From Nemertoderma westbladi (taxonomy: Eukaryota > Animalia > Xenacoelomorpha): 64,000 nucleotides of DNA. Positions 8,739 to 21,502 of this stretch are shown one piece after another. The DNA is taken from positions 1 to 64,000 of the forward strand of contig JAUCBJ010006717.1 of NCBI GenBank assembly GCA_032718475.1. Direction: 5' to 3'. The translations under genes were made by a program, and so were the position numbers. Each line of letters opens with the position of its first letter. Within the stretch, counting starts at the first letter, position 1. Below the pieces are notes generated by a model that made no database searches, was not told the DNA's origin, and saw only the letters and a program-made list of their open reading frames with translations.

Positions 8739-9705
8739 TGGCCTATAAGGGGTGGAATACCAGAATACAAATGAAGCAATGAAGCCATGAATCACTGCGT
8801 GGGGTCGACGCGGTTGGCGTGGCCTCGGGTTTGGTGATGGTGCGGGGCTACGGGGCTACAATCTGGCCGGGCAGTTCTAACGACGTAGAGGATTGTGCCA
8901 TAACTATGGACGACGAAATTAACAGCAGGGATGCGTAACTTCCGGTTACAGATGACACTAACTATACAATTTAATTGGTTGAATTATAAATTTTACAATA
9001 AGTAATAAAGTTACTCGAACATTTACAATATCAAAGTTTTATGTAAATGTCAACTGAATCACTAGCTAAAATTTAATAAAAATTGTGGTGCCGATGTAAG
9101 CACGCTTAGTGTGGTTGCCTTTATTAATGGATGGTGTACAGCTGTTTCAATTTTCAAACATTGTTTGTCTGTTGATGATTGGCGTAAATCTTATAGTTAT
9201 GACCGGAAGATTATCCATTTGCTCATTTTCTGTGAGATTTTTGCTCTTTTAGTAAATTTATCTTGACGCTACTATAATAGACTTGCTACATTACATTATA
9301 CATATTTATATATTTACATAATGCTAAGCCGACTTATGGACATAAGTTACGCCGCCACAATACCATATAGATTATCATCAGCATATTCAAGGAAATTGTC
9401 TTTCCTCTCCATGTGGTCGGTCACCAAAGCACAGAATTGTACAAAGGATCCTAACGGCGAAAATAATGTCCTCTGAAGTTGAGGCGGCTCTGTTTAGGTT
9501 GTTATATGGCAGGATCTAAGACGGGATAAAAGACAAAGGCAATATTTTTATTAAATCAAGGGAATATTCCAATAGAAAGCAGAAGATTGAATGCGGTAAT
9601 TATTTAATTCGCTCTGTATCCTAAAATGAAGAAATACGAAATAGAAAAAATTCATATTCATCAATTAGCACCGCAACTCGGGGTAAAATGAAGTAAGAAA
9701 TAATC

Positions 9706-12700
9706 ACAATCAGAATGGAATGGCCAATCAGAATGGAATGAACTATCAGAATGGAATGAACTATCAGAATGGAATGAACAATCAGAATGTAATGAACTAT
9801 CAGAATGGAATGAACTATCAGAATGGAATGAACAATCAGAATGGAATTAACAATCAGAATGGAATGAACTATCAGAATGGAATTAACAATCAGAATGGAA
9901 TGAACTATCAGAATGGAATGAACTATCAGAATGGAATGAACTATCAGAATGGAATGAACTATCAGAATGGAATGAACAATCAGAATGGAATGAACTATCA
10001 GAATGGAATTAACAATCAGAATAGAATGAACTATCAGAATGGAATGAACTATCAGAATGGAATGAACTATCAGAATGGAATGAACTATCAGAATGGAATG
10101 AACTATCAGAATGGAATGAACTATCAGAATGGAATGAATGAACTATCAGAATGGAATGAACTATCAGAATGGAATGAACTATCAGAATGGAATTAACAAT
10201 CAGAATGGAATGAACTATCAGAATGGAATGAACAACCAGTATGGAATGAACTATCAGAATGGAATGAACTATCAGAATGGAATGAACTATCAGAATGGAA
10301 TGAACAATCAGAATGGAATGAACAATCAGAATGGAATGAACTATCAGAATGGAATGAACAATCAGAATGGAATGAACAACCAGAATGGAATGAATGAACT
10401 ATCAGAATGGAATGAACTATCAGAATGGAATGAACTATCAGAATGGAATGAACTATCAGAATGGAATGAACTATCAGCATGGAATGAACTATCAGAATGG
10501 AATGAATTATCAGAATGGAATTAACAATCAGAATGGAATGAACTATCAGAATGGAATGAACTATCAGAATGGAATGAACAACCAGTATGGAATGAATGAA
10601 CTATCAGAATGGAATGAACTATCAGAATGGAATGAACTATCAGAATGGAATGAACTATCAGCATGGAATGAACTATCAGAATGGAATGAATTATCAGAAT
10701 GGAATTAACAATCAGAATGGAATGAACTATCAGAATGGAATGAACTATCAGAATGGAATGAACTATCAGAATGGAATGAATGAACTATCAGAATGGAATG
10801 AACTATCAGAATGGAATGAACTATCAGAATGGAATTAACAATCAGAATGGAATGAACTATCAGAATGGAATGAACAACCAGTATGGAATGAATGAACTAT
10901 CAAAATGGAATGAACTATCAGAATGGAATTAACTATCAGAATGGAATGAACTATCAGAATGGAATGAACAATCAGAATGGAATTAACAATCAGAATGGAA
11001 TGAACTATCAGAATGGAATGAACAATCAGAATGGAATGAACAACCAGAATGGAATGAATGAACTATCAGAATGGAATGAACTATCAAAATGGAATGAACT
11101 ATCAGAATGGAATGAACTATCAAAATGGAATGAATGAACTATCAGAATGGAATGAACTATCAGAATGGAATGAACTATCAGAATGGAATGAACAATCAGA
11201 ATGGAATGAACTATCAGAATGGAATGAACTATCAGAATGGAATGAACAATCAGAATGGAATGAACAACCAGAATGGAATGAATGAACTATCAGAATGGAA
11301 TGAACTATCAAAATGGAATGAACTATCAGAATGGAATGAACTATCAAAATGGAATGAATGAACTATCAGAATGGAATGAACTATCAGAATGGAATGAACT
11401 ATCAGAATGGAATTAACAATCAGAATGGAATGAACTATCAGAATGGAATGAACAATCAGAATGGAATGAACAATCAGAATGGAATGAACAACCAGTATGG
11501 AATGAACTATCAGAATGGAATGAACTATCAGAATGGAATGAACTATCAGAATGGAATTAACAATCAGAATGGAATGAACTATCAGAATGGAATTAACAAT
11601 CAGAATGGAATGAACTATCAGAATGGAATGAACTATCAGAATGGAATGAACTATCAGAATGGAATGAACTATCAGAATGGAATGAACTATCAGAATGGAA
11701 TGAACTATCAGAATGGAATGAACTATCAGAATGGAATGAACTATCAGAATGGAATGAACTATCAGAATGGAATGAACTATCAGAATGGAATGAACTATCA
11801 GAATGGAATGAACTATCAGAATGGAATGAACTATCAGAATGGAATGAACTATCAGAATGGAATGAACTATCAGAATGGAATGAACTATCAGAATGGAATG
11901 AACTATCAGAATGGAATGAACTATCAGAATGGAATGAACAATCAGAATGGAATGAACTATCAGAATGGAATGAACAATCAGAATGGAATGAACTATCAGA
12001 ATGGAATGAACTATCAGAATGGAATGAACTATCAGAATGGAATGAACTATCAGAATGGAATGAACTATCAGAATGGAATGAACAATCAGTATGGAATGAA
12101 CAACCAGTATGGAATGAACTATCAGAATGGAATGAACAATCAGAATGGAATTAACAATCAGAATGGAATGAACTATCAGAATGGAATGAACAATCAGAAT
12201 GGAATGAACAATCAGAATGGAATGAACAACCAGTATGGAATGAACTATCAGAATGGAATGAACAATCAGAATGGAATTAACAATCAGAATGGAATGAACT
12301 ATCAGAATGGAATGAACTATCAGAATGGAATGAACTATCAGAATGGAATTAACAACCAGTATGGAATTAACAATCAGAATGGAATGAACTATCAGAATGG
12401 AATGAACTATCAGAATGGAATTAACAATCAGAATGGAATGAACTATCAGAATGGAATGAACAATCAGAATGGAATGAACTATCAGAAAGGAATGAACAAT
12501 CAGAATGGAATGAACAATCAGAATGGAATGAACAACCAGTATGGAATGAACTATCAGAATGGAATGAACTATCAGAATGGAATTAACAATCAGAATGGAA
12601 TGAACTATCAGAATGGAATTAACAATCAGAATGGAATGAACTATCAGAATGGAATGAACTATCAGAATGGAATGAACTATCAGAATGGAATGAACTATCA

Positions 12701-15700
12701 GAATGGAATGAACTATCAGAATGGAATGAACTATCAGAATGGAATTAACAATCAGAATGGAATGAACTATCAGAATGGAATGAACAATCAGAATGGAATG
12801 AACAATCAGAATGGAATGAACAATCAGAATGGAATGAACTATCAGAATGGAATGAACTATCAGAATGGAATGAACTATCAGAATGGAATGAACTATCAGA
12901 ATGGAATGAACTATCAGAATGGAATGAACTATCAGAATGGAATGAACAATCAGAATGGAATGAACTATCAGAATGGAATGAACTATCAGAATGGAATGAA
13001 CAATCAGAATGGAATGAACTATCAGAATGGAATGAACAACCAGTATGGAATGAACTATCAGAATGGAATGAACTATCAGAATGGAATTAACAATCAGAAT
13101 GGAATGAACTATCAGAATGGAATGAACTATCAGAATGGAATGAACTATCAGAATGGAATGAACTATCAGAATGGAATGAACTATCAGAATGGAATTAACA
13201 ATCAGAATGGAATGAACTATCAGAATGGAATGAACTATCAGAATGGAATGAACTATCAGAATGGAATTAACAATCAGAATGGAATGAACTATCAGAATGG
13301 AATTAACAATCAGAATGGAATGAACTATCAGAATGGAATGAACTATCAGAATGGAATGAACTATCAGAATGGAATGAACTATCAGAATGGAATGAACTAT
13401 CAGAATGGAATGAACTATCAGAATGGAATGAACAATCAGAATGGAATGAACTATCAGAATGGAATGAACTATCAGAATGGAATGAACAATCAGAATGGAA
13501 TGAACTATCAGAATGGAATGAACAACCAGTATGGAATGAACTATCAGAATGGAATGAACTATCAGAATGGAATTAACAATCAGAATGGAATGAACTATCA
13601 GAATGGAATGAACTATCAGAATGGAATGAACTATCAGAATGGAATGAACTATCAGAATGGAATGAACTATCAGAATGGAATTAACAATCAGAATGGAATG
13701 AACTATCAGAATGGAATGAACTATCAGAATGGAATGAACTATCAGAATGGAATGAACTATCAGAATGGAATGAACTATCAGAATGGAATGAACTATCAGA
13801 ATGGAATGAACTATCAGAATGGAATTAACAATCAGAATGGAATGAACTATCAGAATGGAATGAACAATCAGAATGGAATGAACAATCAGAATGGAATGAA
13901 CAACCAGTATGGAATGAACTATCAGAATGGAATGAACTATCAGAATGGAATTAACAATCAGAATGGAATGAACTATCAGAATGGAATTAACAATCAGAAT
14001 GGAATGAACTATCAGAATGGAATGAACTATCAGAATGGAATGAACTATCAGAATGGAATGAACTATCAGAATGGAATGAACTATCAGAATGGAATGAACT
14101 ATCAGAATGGAATGAACAATCAGAATGGAATGAACTATCAGAATGGAATGAACAACCAGTATGGAATGAATGAACTATCAGAATGGAATGAACTATCAGA
14201 ATGGAATGAACTATCAGAATGGAATGAACTATCAGAATGGAATTAACAATCAGAATGGAATGAACTATCAGAATGGAATGAACAATCAGAATGGAATGAA
14301 CTATCAGAATGGAATGAACTATCAGAATGGAATGAACTATAAGAATGGAATGAACTATCAGAATGGAATGAACTATCAGAATGGAATGAACTATCAGAAT
14401 GGAATTAACAATCAGAATGGAATGAACTATCAGAATGGAATGAACTATCAGAATGGAATTAACAACCAGTATGGAATTAACAATCAGAATGGAATGAACT
14501 ATCAGAATGGAATGAACTATCAGAATGGAATTAACAATCAGAATGGAATGAACTATCAGAATGGAATGAACAATCAGAATGGAATGAACTATCAGAAAGG
14601 AATGAACAATCAGAATGGAATGAACAATCAGAATGGAATGAACTATCAGAATGGAATGAACAATCAGAATGGAATGAACTATCAGAATGGAATGAACTAT
14701 CAGAATGGAATTAACAATCAGAATGGAATGAACTATCAGAATGGAATTAACAATCAGAATGGAATGAACTATCAGAATGGAATGAACTATCAGAATGGAA
14801 TGAACTATCAGAATGGAATGAACTATCAAAATGGAATGAACTATCAGAATGGAATGAACTATCAAAATGGAATGAACTATCAGAATGGAATTAACAATCA
14901 GAATGGAATGAACTATCAGAATGGAATGAACAATCAGAATGGAATGAACAATCAGAATGGAATGAACAACCAGTATGGAATGAACTATCAGAATGGAATG
15001 AACTATCAGAATGGAATTAACAATCAGAATGGAATGAACTATCAGAATGGAATTAACAATCAGAATGGAATGAACTATCAGAATGGAATGAACTATCAGA
15101 ATGGAATGAACTATCAGAATGGAATGAACTATCAGAATGGAATGAACTATCAGAATGGAATGAACTATCAGAATGGAATGAACAATCAGAATGGAATGAA
15201 CTATCAGAATGGAATGAACAACCAGTATGGAATGAATGAACTATCAGAATGGAATGAACTATCAGAATGGAATGAACTATCAGAATGGAATGAACTATCA
15301 GAATGGAATTAACAATCAGAATGGAATGAACTATCAGAATGGAATGAACAATCAGAATGGAATGAACTATCAGAATGGAATGAACTATCAGAATGGAATG
15401 AACTATAAGAATGGAATGAACTATCAGAATGGAATGAACTATCAGAATGGAATGAACTATCAGAATGGAATTAACAATCAGAATGGAATGAACTATCAGA
15501 ATGGAATGAACTATCAGAATGGAATGAACTATCAGAATGGAATGAACTATCAGAATGGAATGAACTATCAGAATGGAATGAACTATCAGAATGGAATGAA
15601 CAATCAGAATGGAATGAACAATCAGAATGGAATGAACTATCAGAATGGAATGAACAACCAGTATGGAATGAATGAACTATCAGAATGGAATGATCTATCA

Positions 15701-16070
15701 GAATGGAATGAACTATCAGAATGGAATGAACAATCAGAATGGAATGAACAATCAGAATGGAATGAACTATCAGAATGGAATTAACAATCAGAATGGAATG
15801 AACTATCAGAATGGAATGAACTATCAGAATGGAATGAACTATCAGAATGGAATGAACTATCAGAATGGAATGATCTATCAGAATGGAATGAACTATCAGA
15901 ATGGAATGAACTATCAGAATGGAATGAACTATCAGAATGGAATGAACTATCAGAATGGAATTAACAATCAGAATGGAATGAACTATCAGAATGGAATGAA
16001 CTATCAGAATGGAATGAACTATCAGAATGGAATGAACTATCAGAATGGAATGAACTATCAGAATGGAATG
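9706..16070. repeat. 18-bp satellite array 1, (GAACTATCAGAATGGAAT)n, about 350 monomers
   Basis: Uninterrupted head-to-tail monomers with recurrent variants (AACAATC, ATTAAC, AACAACCAGTAT, +GAAT). Confidence 0.99.
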
Positions 16071-17075
16071 ATCTTATACTGTAAAATAATTAATATCCTT
16101 TAACAAGCAGGTTGAAAAAGCAGTTTTTACCGTAATCAACTTAATTAACTAATTAATTGCTATTATCTTAGCTTCTCGAAGGCCACACGGAAATTCAACT
16201 TGGAAAATTTCTAAACTTTTCCCAGACTACATGACGTGTACCAAGTTTGGTTAAATTTCATTAACATTTGGCTGAGTTATTAACGTTTAAAATTGGACAC
16301 AACAGAACAACAGAACAACAGATCGACAGAACAACAGATCAACAGAACAACAGAGCAACAGAACACCGATTGAGTTAGTGGTACCTGTATGCTAAGCTCG
16401 CTTACTTTCGTCGCTCGCCCCACATTTATAGTATAGAGTCAATAGGAATTGAAATACAGGCAGTGTATGGTGGGAGTTATGTCTGGGTTGCTATAGCAAT
16501 ACTACTGGCTGCCTATTACAGTACAATTCCCCTCTGGTAAGCCTACACCAACATCTCCCAGCCAGCAAACAGCTCTACACTACACCCCCGCAGAGACTAT
16601 GTTGACCAATAATGGGAAGGATTAAATTTGTACTCAATAATTGTGCCGCTTTAATTACGTTTAGATCAATTAAAGACACATTTATTAAAGCAAATCACTT
16701 GAACTAATTATAAACTATAATACTGTAGAATGGGGTATGTGGATTACATCTGTATAATTTTTAAGTATAATTATTTAAATCTTATACTGTAAAATAATTA
16801 ATTTCCTTTAACAGGCGGGTTGAAAATGCAGTTTTTACCGTAATCAATTTAATTAACTAATTAATTGCTATTATCTTAGCTTCTCGAAGGCCATACGGAA
16901 ATTCAACTTGGAAAATTTCTAAACTTTTGCCAGACTACATGTGTACCAAGTTTGGTTAAATTTCATTAACATTTGGCTAAGTTATTAACGTTTAAAATTG
17001 GACACAACAGATCGACAGAACGACAGAACAACAGAACACGTTCGTGGGGCCTTCGCGCAGCACGAGGCCCAATTA
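16071..17075 (+). mobile_element. Duplicated Helentron/HINE-like units (3' half of unit 1 plus unit 2)
   Basis: Copy of 4276-5280. Confidence 0.55.
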
Positions 17076-17345
17076 TGAGATAGAAATTAAAATCGAGCGA
17101 CTGTATCACAAAATCAGTATTTAACTTTATAAATTAGTAAAATTTAGAAATTTAACCACACCGCCAATCAATCAAAGAAATTACACAGAAATCCCATCAA
17201 AAAATAATAAGCCTAATATTTTGAGAAATAAACAATTTTGGATATAAGCCTTCTGCAGTGGTAATGTTATTGACTGACAATCATTAAATGAGATCTGTCT
17301 ATTACCTGAGACTAAAGAACACAGACTCTATAGTGTAATAGGCCT

Positions 17346-17624
17346 AATCGCCTCCGCTTTGCAGGACATTGCTTTCGCCGTGAGGACCAGCCAGTGCATA
17401 ATCTTGTACTTTGGCAGCCTCATGGAGTGAATAAGCATGGTGGACAGCCCATGACTTTCTTGAGACGCATCTTAAAGGACACTGGTCTTGAAGATGCGGA
17501 TTATCTAGCAAATGTCATGGGTGATAGGGAGTTGTGACGGCGCAATTTTTTCGACAAGCCGGCACAGCATTCTTAAAAATGCAGCTGCAATGCAGCGTGC
17601 CGATCCTACAGTAGTAGTAGTAGT
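17346..17624 (+). mobile_element. Duplicated RTE-clade LINE 3' fragment
   Basis: Copy of 5551-5829. Confidence 0.85.
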
Positions 17625-17634
17625 GTGTAACTGG

Positions 17635-17665
<31 letters not shown>

Positions 17666-18913
17666 AGATTTTCGTCAAAGGTTAAAATAAGCTTTACAAA
17701 TTTCCAGCTATTTAAATCAGATAGTGTCGTAGGCCTACTTTGACCGCATGCGAAAATCGTGATCTTCAGCGCAAATTGACCGCAAGTGAAATAATGTATA
17801 GTTTATTATTGGTTAGCAAATACCGCCAATGTAACCTGCTCCTTTCCCTTAATGTTTTTATTTAAATTAAATTAATTTTTCAAACCCACGAAAATTTATT
17901 TTGTGTTTGCGGTCAATCCGCGCCATTGACTCATTTAAATATACTGTTAGGTGTTGAGTAGGCATAGGCAACCTATTCATTCTAATACTACTGTAATACA
18001 GTAGACCTACTTCAAAAATCACTCCATTAATTATTTCAAGGCCAATTATCCTATCATATTGTGGCAAACGGGCATTTTCGGGGTTTTCTCAGAACGAATC
18101 ATTTAATACGTACATGTCCCGTTTTCTCGTGTTGGAAAGCCAAATCTGTCGCTCCCAATCGCTGATTCATTAAGTCTGCATGGTGTTTACGGATGCGGAC
18201 ATCTATCGAGTATTGAGTCTCACCCATAAACGTTTCCACATGTACACGGTATTTTGTAAACCACCCCTCTTGGCTGGGTTTTGGGTTTGTGTCCCCTTAG
18301 TAAATTCGAGCTTTCTAAGATATATAAGAGTTTTCTCCTGCATCTTTCGGTACGTTTCAAAACATATTGATAACGTCGAAACTGACCTGTATATCATTGT
18401 TGTCGGGGGGGGGGGGGGGGGGGGGGGGTAATACTATTTAACCCATCTATGAACGCGGTTGAGTTCTTTATGTATGATTCACCTTGATCCAAATACACCG
18501 ATATAGACATAAGTAAAGCTAGATAAGTAGCTACTTTACCACATGGGGCGTTGGTGAAAGCCACTATATTACGAAGTGAAACACCATCCTTGTTGACTTT
18601 TTGGTTACCGTAGGGTAGGTATAAGGTAGTTCTGAATGGTGGCGGTGGGACCCTAACTTGGTGCGCAGTGAGTTCATATTTTCTCCTGAGTCTGTAAGAG
18701 TTTTTAGAGTGGAATTTACAGCCCTTTCATACCGACCAGCCGGATTAGACTGCAGTTTAGTAAAATGGTTCCATCCATAGTAATTGCTTTCATTTTTTCG
18801 GTTTCGGCATTCCTACCTTTCTAAAACAACAGTTTTGTTCCCCTTGTCTGCAGGGTTGTTTAATAATGGACCCATCTTCCCCCAATTGTTCAATGGCATC
18901 GCTACCCGAAGGT

Positions 18914-19440
18914 AGGCACTGCTACAGTATGTGTACCCATAACCGGAATTTTTTTGTAGTAGCTAGTTTTGACACTACTACAGTATGTCTACCCATAACC
19001 GGGATTTTTTTTGTAGTAGCTAGTTTTGGCATTACTACAGTATGTGTAGGCCTACCCATAACCGGGATTTTATTTGTAGTAGCTAGTTTTGGCACTAATA
19101 CAGTATGTGTACCCATAACCGGGATTTTATTGGTAGTAGCTAGTTTTGGCACTACTACAGTATGTGTACCCATAACCGGAATTTTTTTGTAGTAGCTAGT
19201 TTTGACACTACTACAGTATGTGTACCCATAACCGGGATTTTTTTTGTAGTACCTTAAGTTTTGGCACTACTATAGTATGTGTACCCATAACCGGGATTTT
19301 ATTTGTAGTAGCTAGTTTTGGCACTAATACAGTATGTGTACCCATAACCGGGATTTTATTGGTAGTAGCTAGTTTTGGCACTACTACAGTATGTGTACCC
19401 ATAACCGGGACTTTATTTTTGTAGTGGCTAGTTTTGGCAG
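18914..19440. repeat. 57-bp minisatellite (duplicate copy)
   Basis: Copy of 7117-7643. Confidence 0.95.
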
Positions 19441-19442
19441 TT

Positions 19443-19852
19443 TAGGGGTGGGCGCTACTCCTAACTGCTACCCGAAGGTGGTGGGTGCTACTCATATCTA
19501 ATACCCGAAGGTAGGGGTGGGCGCTACTCCTATCTGCTACCCGAAGGTAGGGGTGGGCGCTACTCCTATCTGCTACCCAAAGGTAGGGGTGGGCGCTACT
19601 CCTATCTGCTACCCGAAGGTAAGGGTGGGCGCTACTCCTATCTGCTACCCGAAAGTAGGGGTAGACGCTACTCCTATCTGCTACCCGAAGGTAGGGGTGG
19701 GCGCTACTCCTATTTGCTACCCGAAGGCATGGGTGGGCGCTATTAGTATCTGCTACCCGAAGGTAGGGGTGGGCGATACTCCTATCTGCTACCCGAAGTT
19801 AGGAATGGGCGCTACACATATCAGCTACCAGAAGGTAGGGGTGGGCGCTACA
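19443..19852. repeat. 36-bp minisatellite (duplicate copy)
   Basis: Copy of 7646-8055. Confidence 0.95.
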
Positions 19853-19856
19853 GTAC

Positions 19857-19995
19857 TCCCCTTGTTTTACTCCCAGGACTTTAACTGGTACTCATCGACC
19901 CCAGTGATTGAAAGGCTGAGTGGACCCTTGCTGGGTTCGAACCTACAACCAATAGATTGCAGGCCCGGTGCTCAAACAACTGAGCTACCCCACCC
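19857..19995 (-). mobile_element. tRNA-derived SINE (duplicate copy)
   Basis: Copy of 8060-8198. Confidence 0.8.
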
Positions 19996-20147
19996 ATAAA
20001 ACAAAAAAAATACAATATTGAGTGATTTAATGATTTAGACATTCAGTATTCTCTAAATTAATTCACATGCAGCTTCAATTTTAAAAAAGTTGAAGTTAAG
20101 TTTGTTTTGATTTTCTGACAGATTAAACCTCATTTAACATGACAAGT

Positions 20148-20274
20148 TATTAACGCGGGGTAGCTCAGATGGTTGCGCTCCGGTCCTGTAATCTGGTTGT
20201 AGGTTCAGCCCCGCCATGGTCCACTCACCTTTCAACCACTGGGGTCCGGCTTCGGCCGACTGTTTACTTGCTTA
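20148..20274 (+). mobile_element. Short tRNA-derived SINE with TSD (duplicate copy)
   Basis: Copy of 8351-8477. Confidence 0.8.
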
Positions 20275-21502
20275 AACATGACAAGTCGAATCATGAGGGA
20301 TTGCATATTCGCGTTTCCTCATTGATTCACTAATGTATAAACACATAAATCATCGGTTTACGATGTGTGAAATAGTTTGAGATTCTTTAATCTTTTACAG
20401 TTTTTTTTCCTGGTCATACTGGTTGCACAGTTAAATATCGTGGTAACCAACCATATTGTTACAAGTTTATTCCAACCGTGGACACACAGGCCTTTCCGCA
20501 CTACTGCCTAACTATCCGCACTACTGCCTAACTAATGGCCTATAAGGGGTGGAATACCAGAATACAAATGAAGCAATGAAGCCATGAATCACTGCGTGGG
20601 GTCGACGCGGTTGGCGTGGCCTCGGGTTTGGTGATGGTGCGGGGCTACGGGGCTACAATCTGGCCGGGCAGTTCTAACGACGTAGAGGATTGTGCCATAA
20701 CTATGGACGACGAAATTAACAGCAGGGATGCGTAACTTCCGGTTACAGATGACACTAACTATACAATTTAATTGGTTGAATTATAAATTTTACAATAAGT
20801 AATAAAGTTACTCGAACATTTACAATATCAAAGTTTTATGTAAATGTCAACTGAATCACTAGCTAAAATTTAATAAAAATTGTGGTGCCGATGTAAGCAC
20901 GCTTAGTGTGGTTGCCTTTATTAATGGATGGTGTACAGCTGTTTCAATTTTCAAACATTGTTTGTCTGTTGATGATTGGCGTAAATCTTATAGTTATGAC
21001 CGGAAGATTATCCATTTGCTCATTTTCTGTGAGATTTTTGCTCTTTTAGTAAATTTATCTTGACGCTACTATAATAGACTTGCTACATTACATTATACAT
21101 ATTTATATATTTACATAATGCTAAGCCGACTTATGGACATAAGTTACGCCGCCACAATACCATATAGATTATCATCAGCATATTCAAGGAAATTGTCTTT
21201 CCTCTCCATGTGGTCGGTCACCAAAGCACAGAATTGTACAAAGGATCCTAACGGCGAAAATAATGTCCTCTGAAGTTGAGGCGGCTCTGTTTAGGTTGTT
21301 ATATGGCAGGATCTAAGACGGGATAAAAGACAAAGGCAATATTTTTATTAAATCAAGGGAATATTCCAATAGAAAGCAGAAGATTGAATGCGGTAATTAT
21401 TTAATTCGCTCTGTATCCTAAAATGAAGAAATACGAAATAGAAAAAATTCATATTCATCAATTAGCACCGCAACTCGGGGTAAAATGAAGTAAGAAATAA
21501 TC

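Larger units (their letters stand above)
16071..21502. repeat. Second copy of the non-satellite block 4276-9705 (tandem segmental duplication, period about 11.8 kb)
   Basis: Offset 11795 before and 11797 after the poly-C tract; identical ORF translations in both copies; one substitution noticed (T4772 vs A16567). Confidence 0.98.

Noticed and set aside
8790-9210. GC-rich patch with ETS-like (ACTTCCGGT, ACCGGAAG) and CCAAT-like motifs as a promoter
   Set aside because: The motifs are short, there is no linked exon or ORF, and I could not distinguish it from an unrecognised TE fragment.
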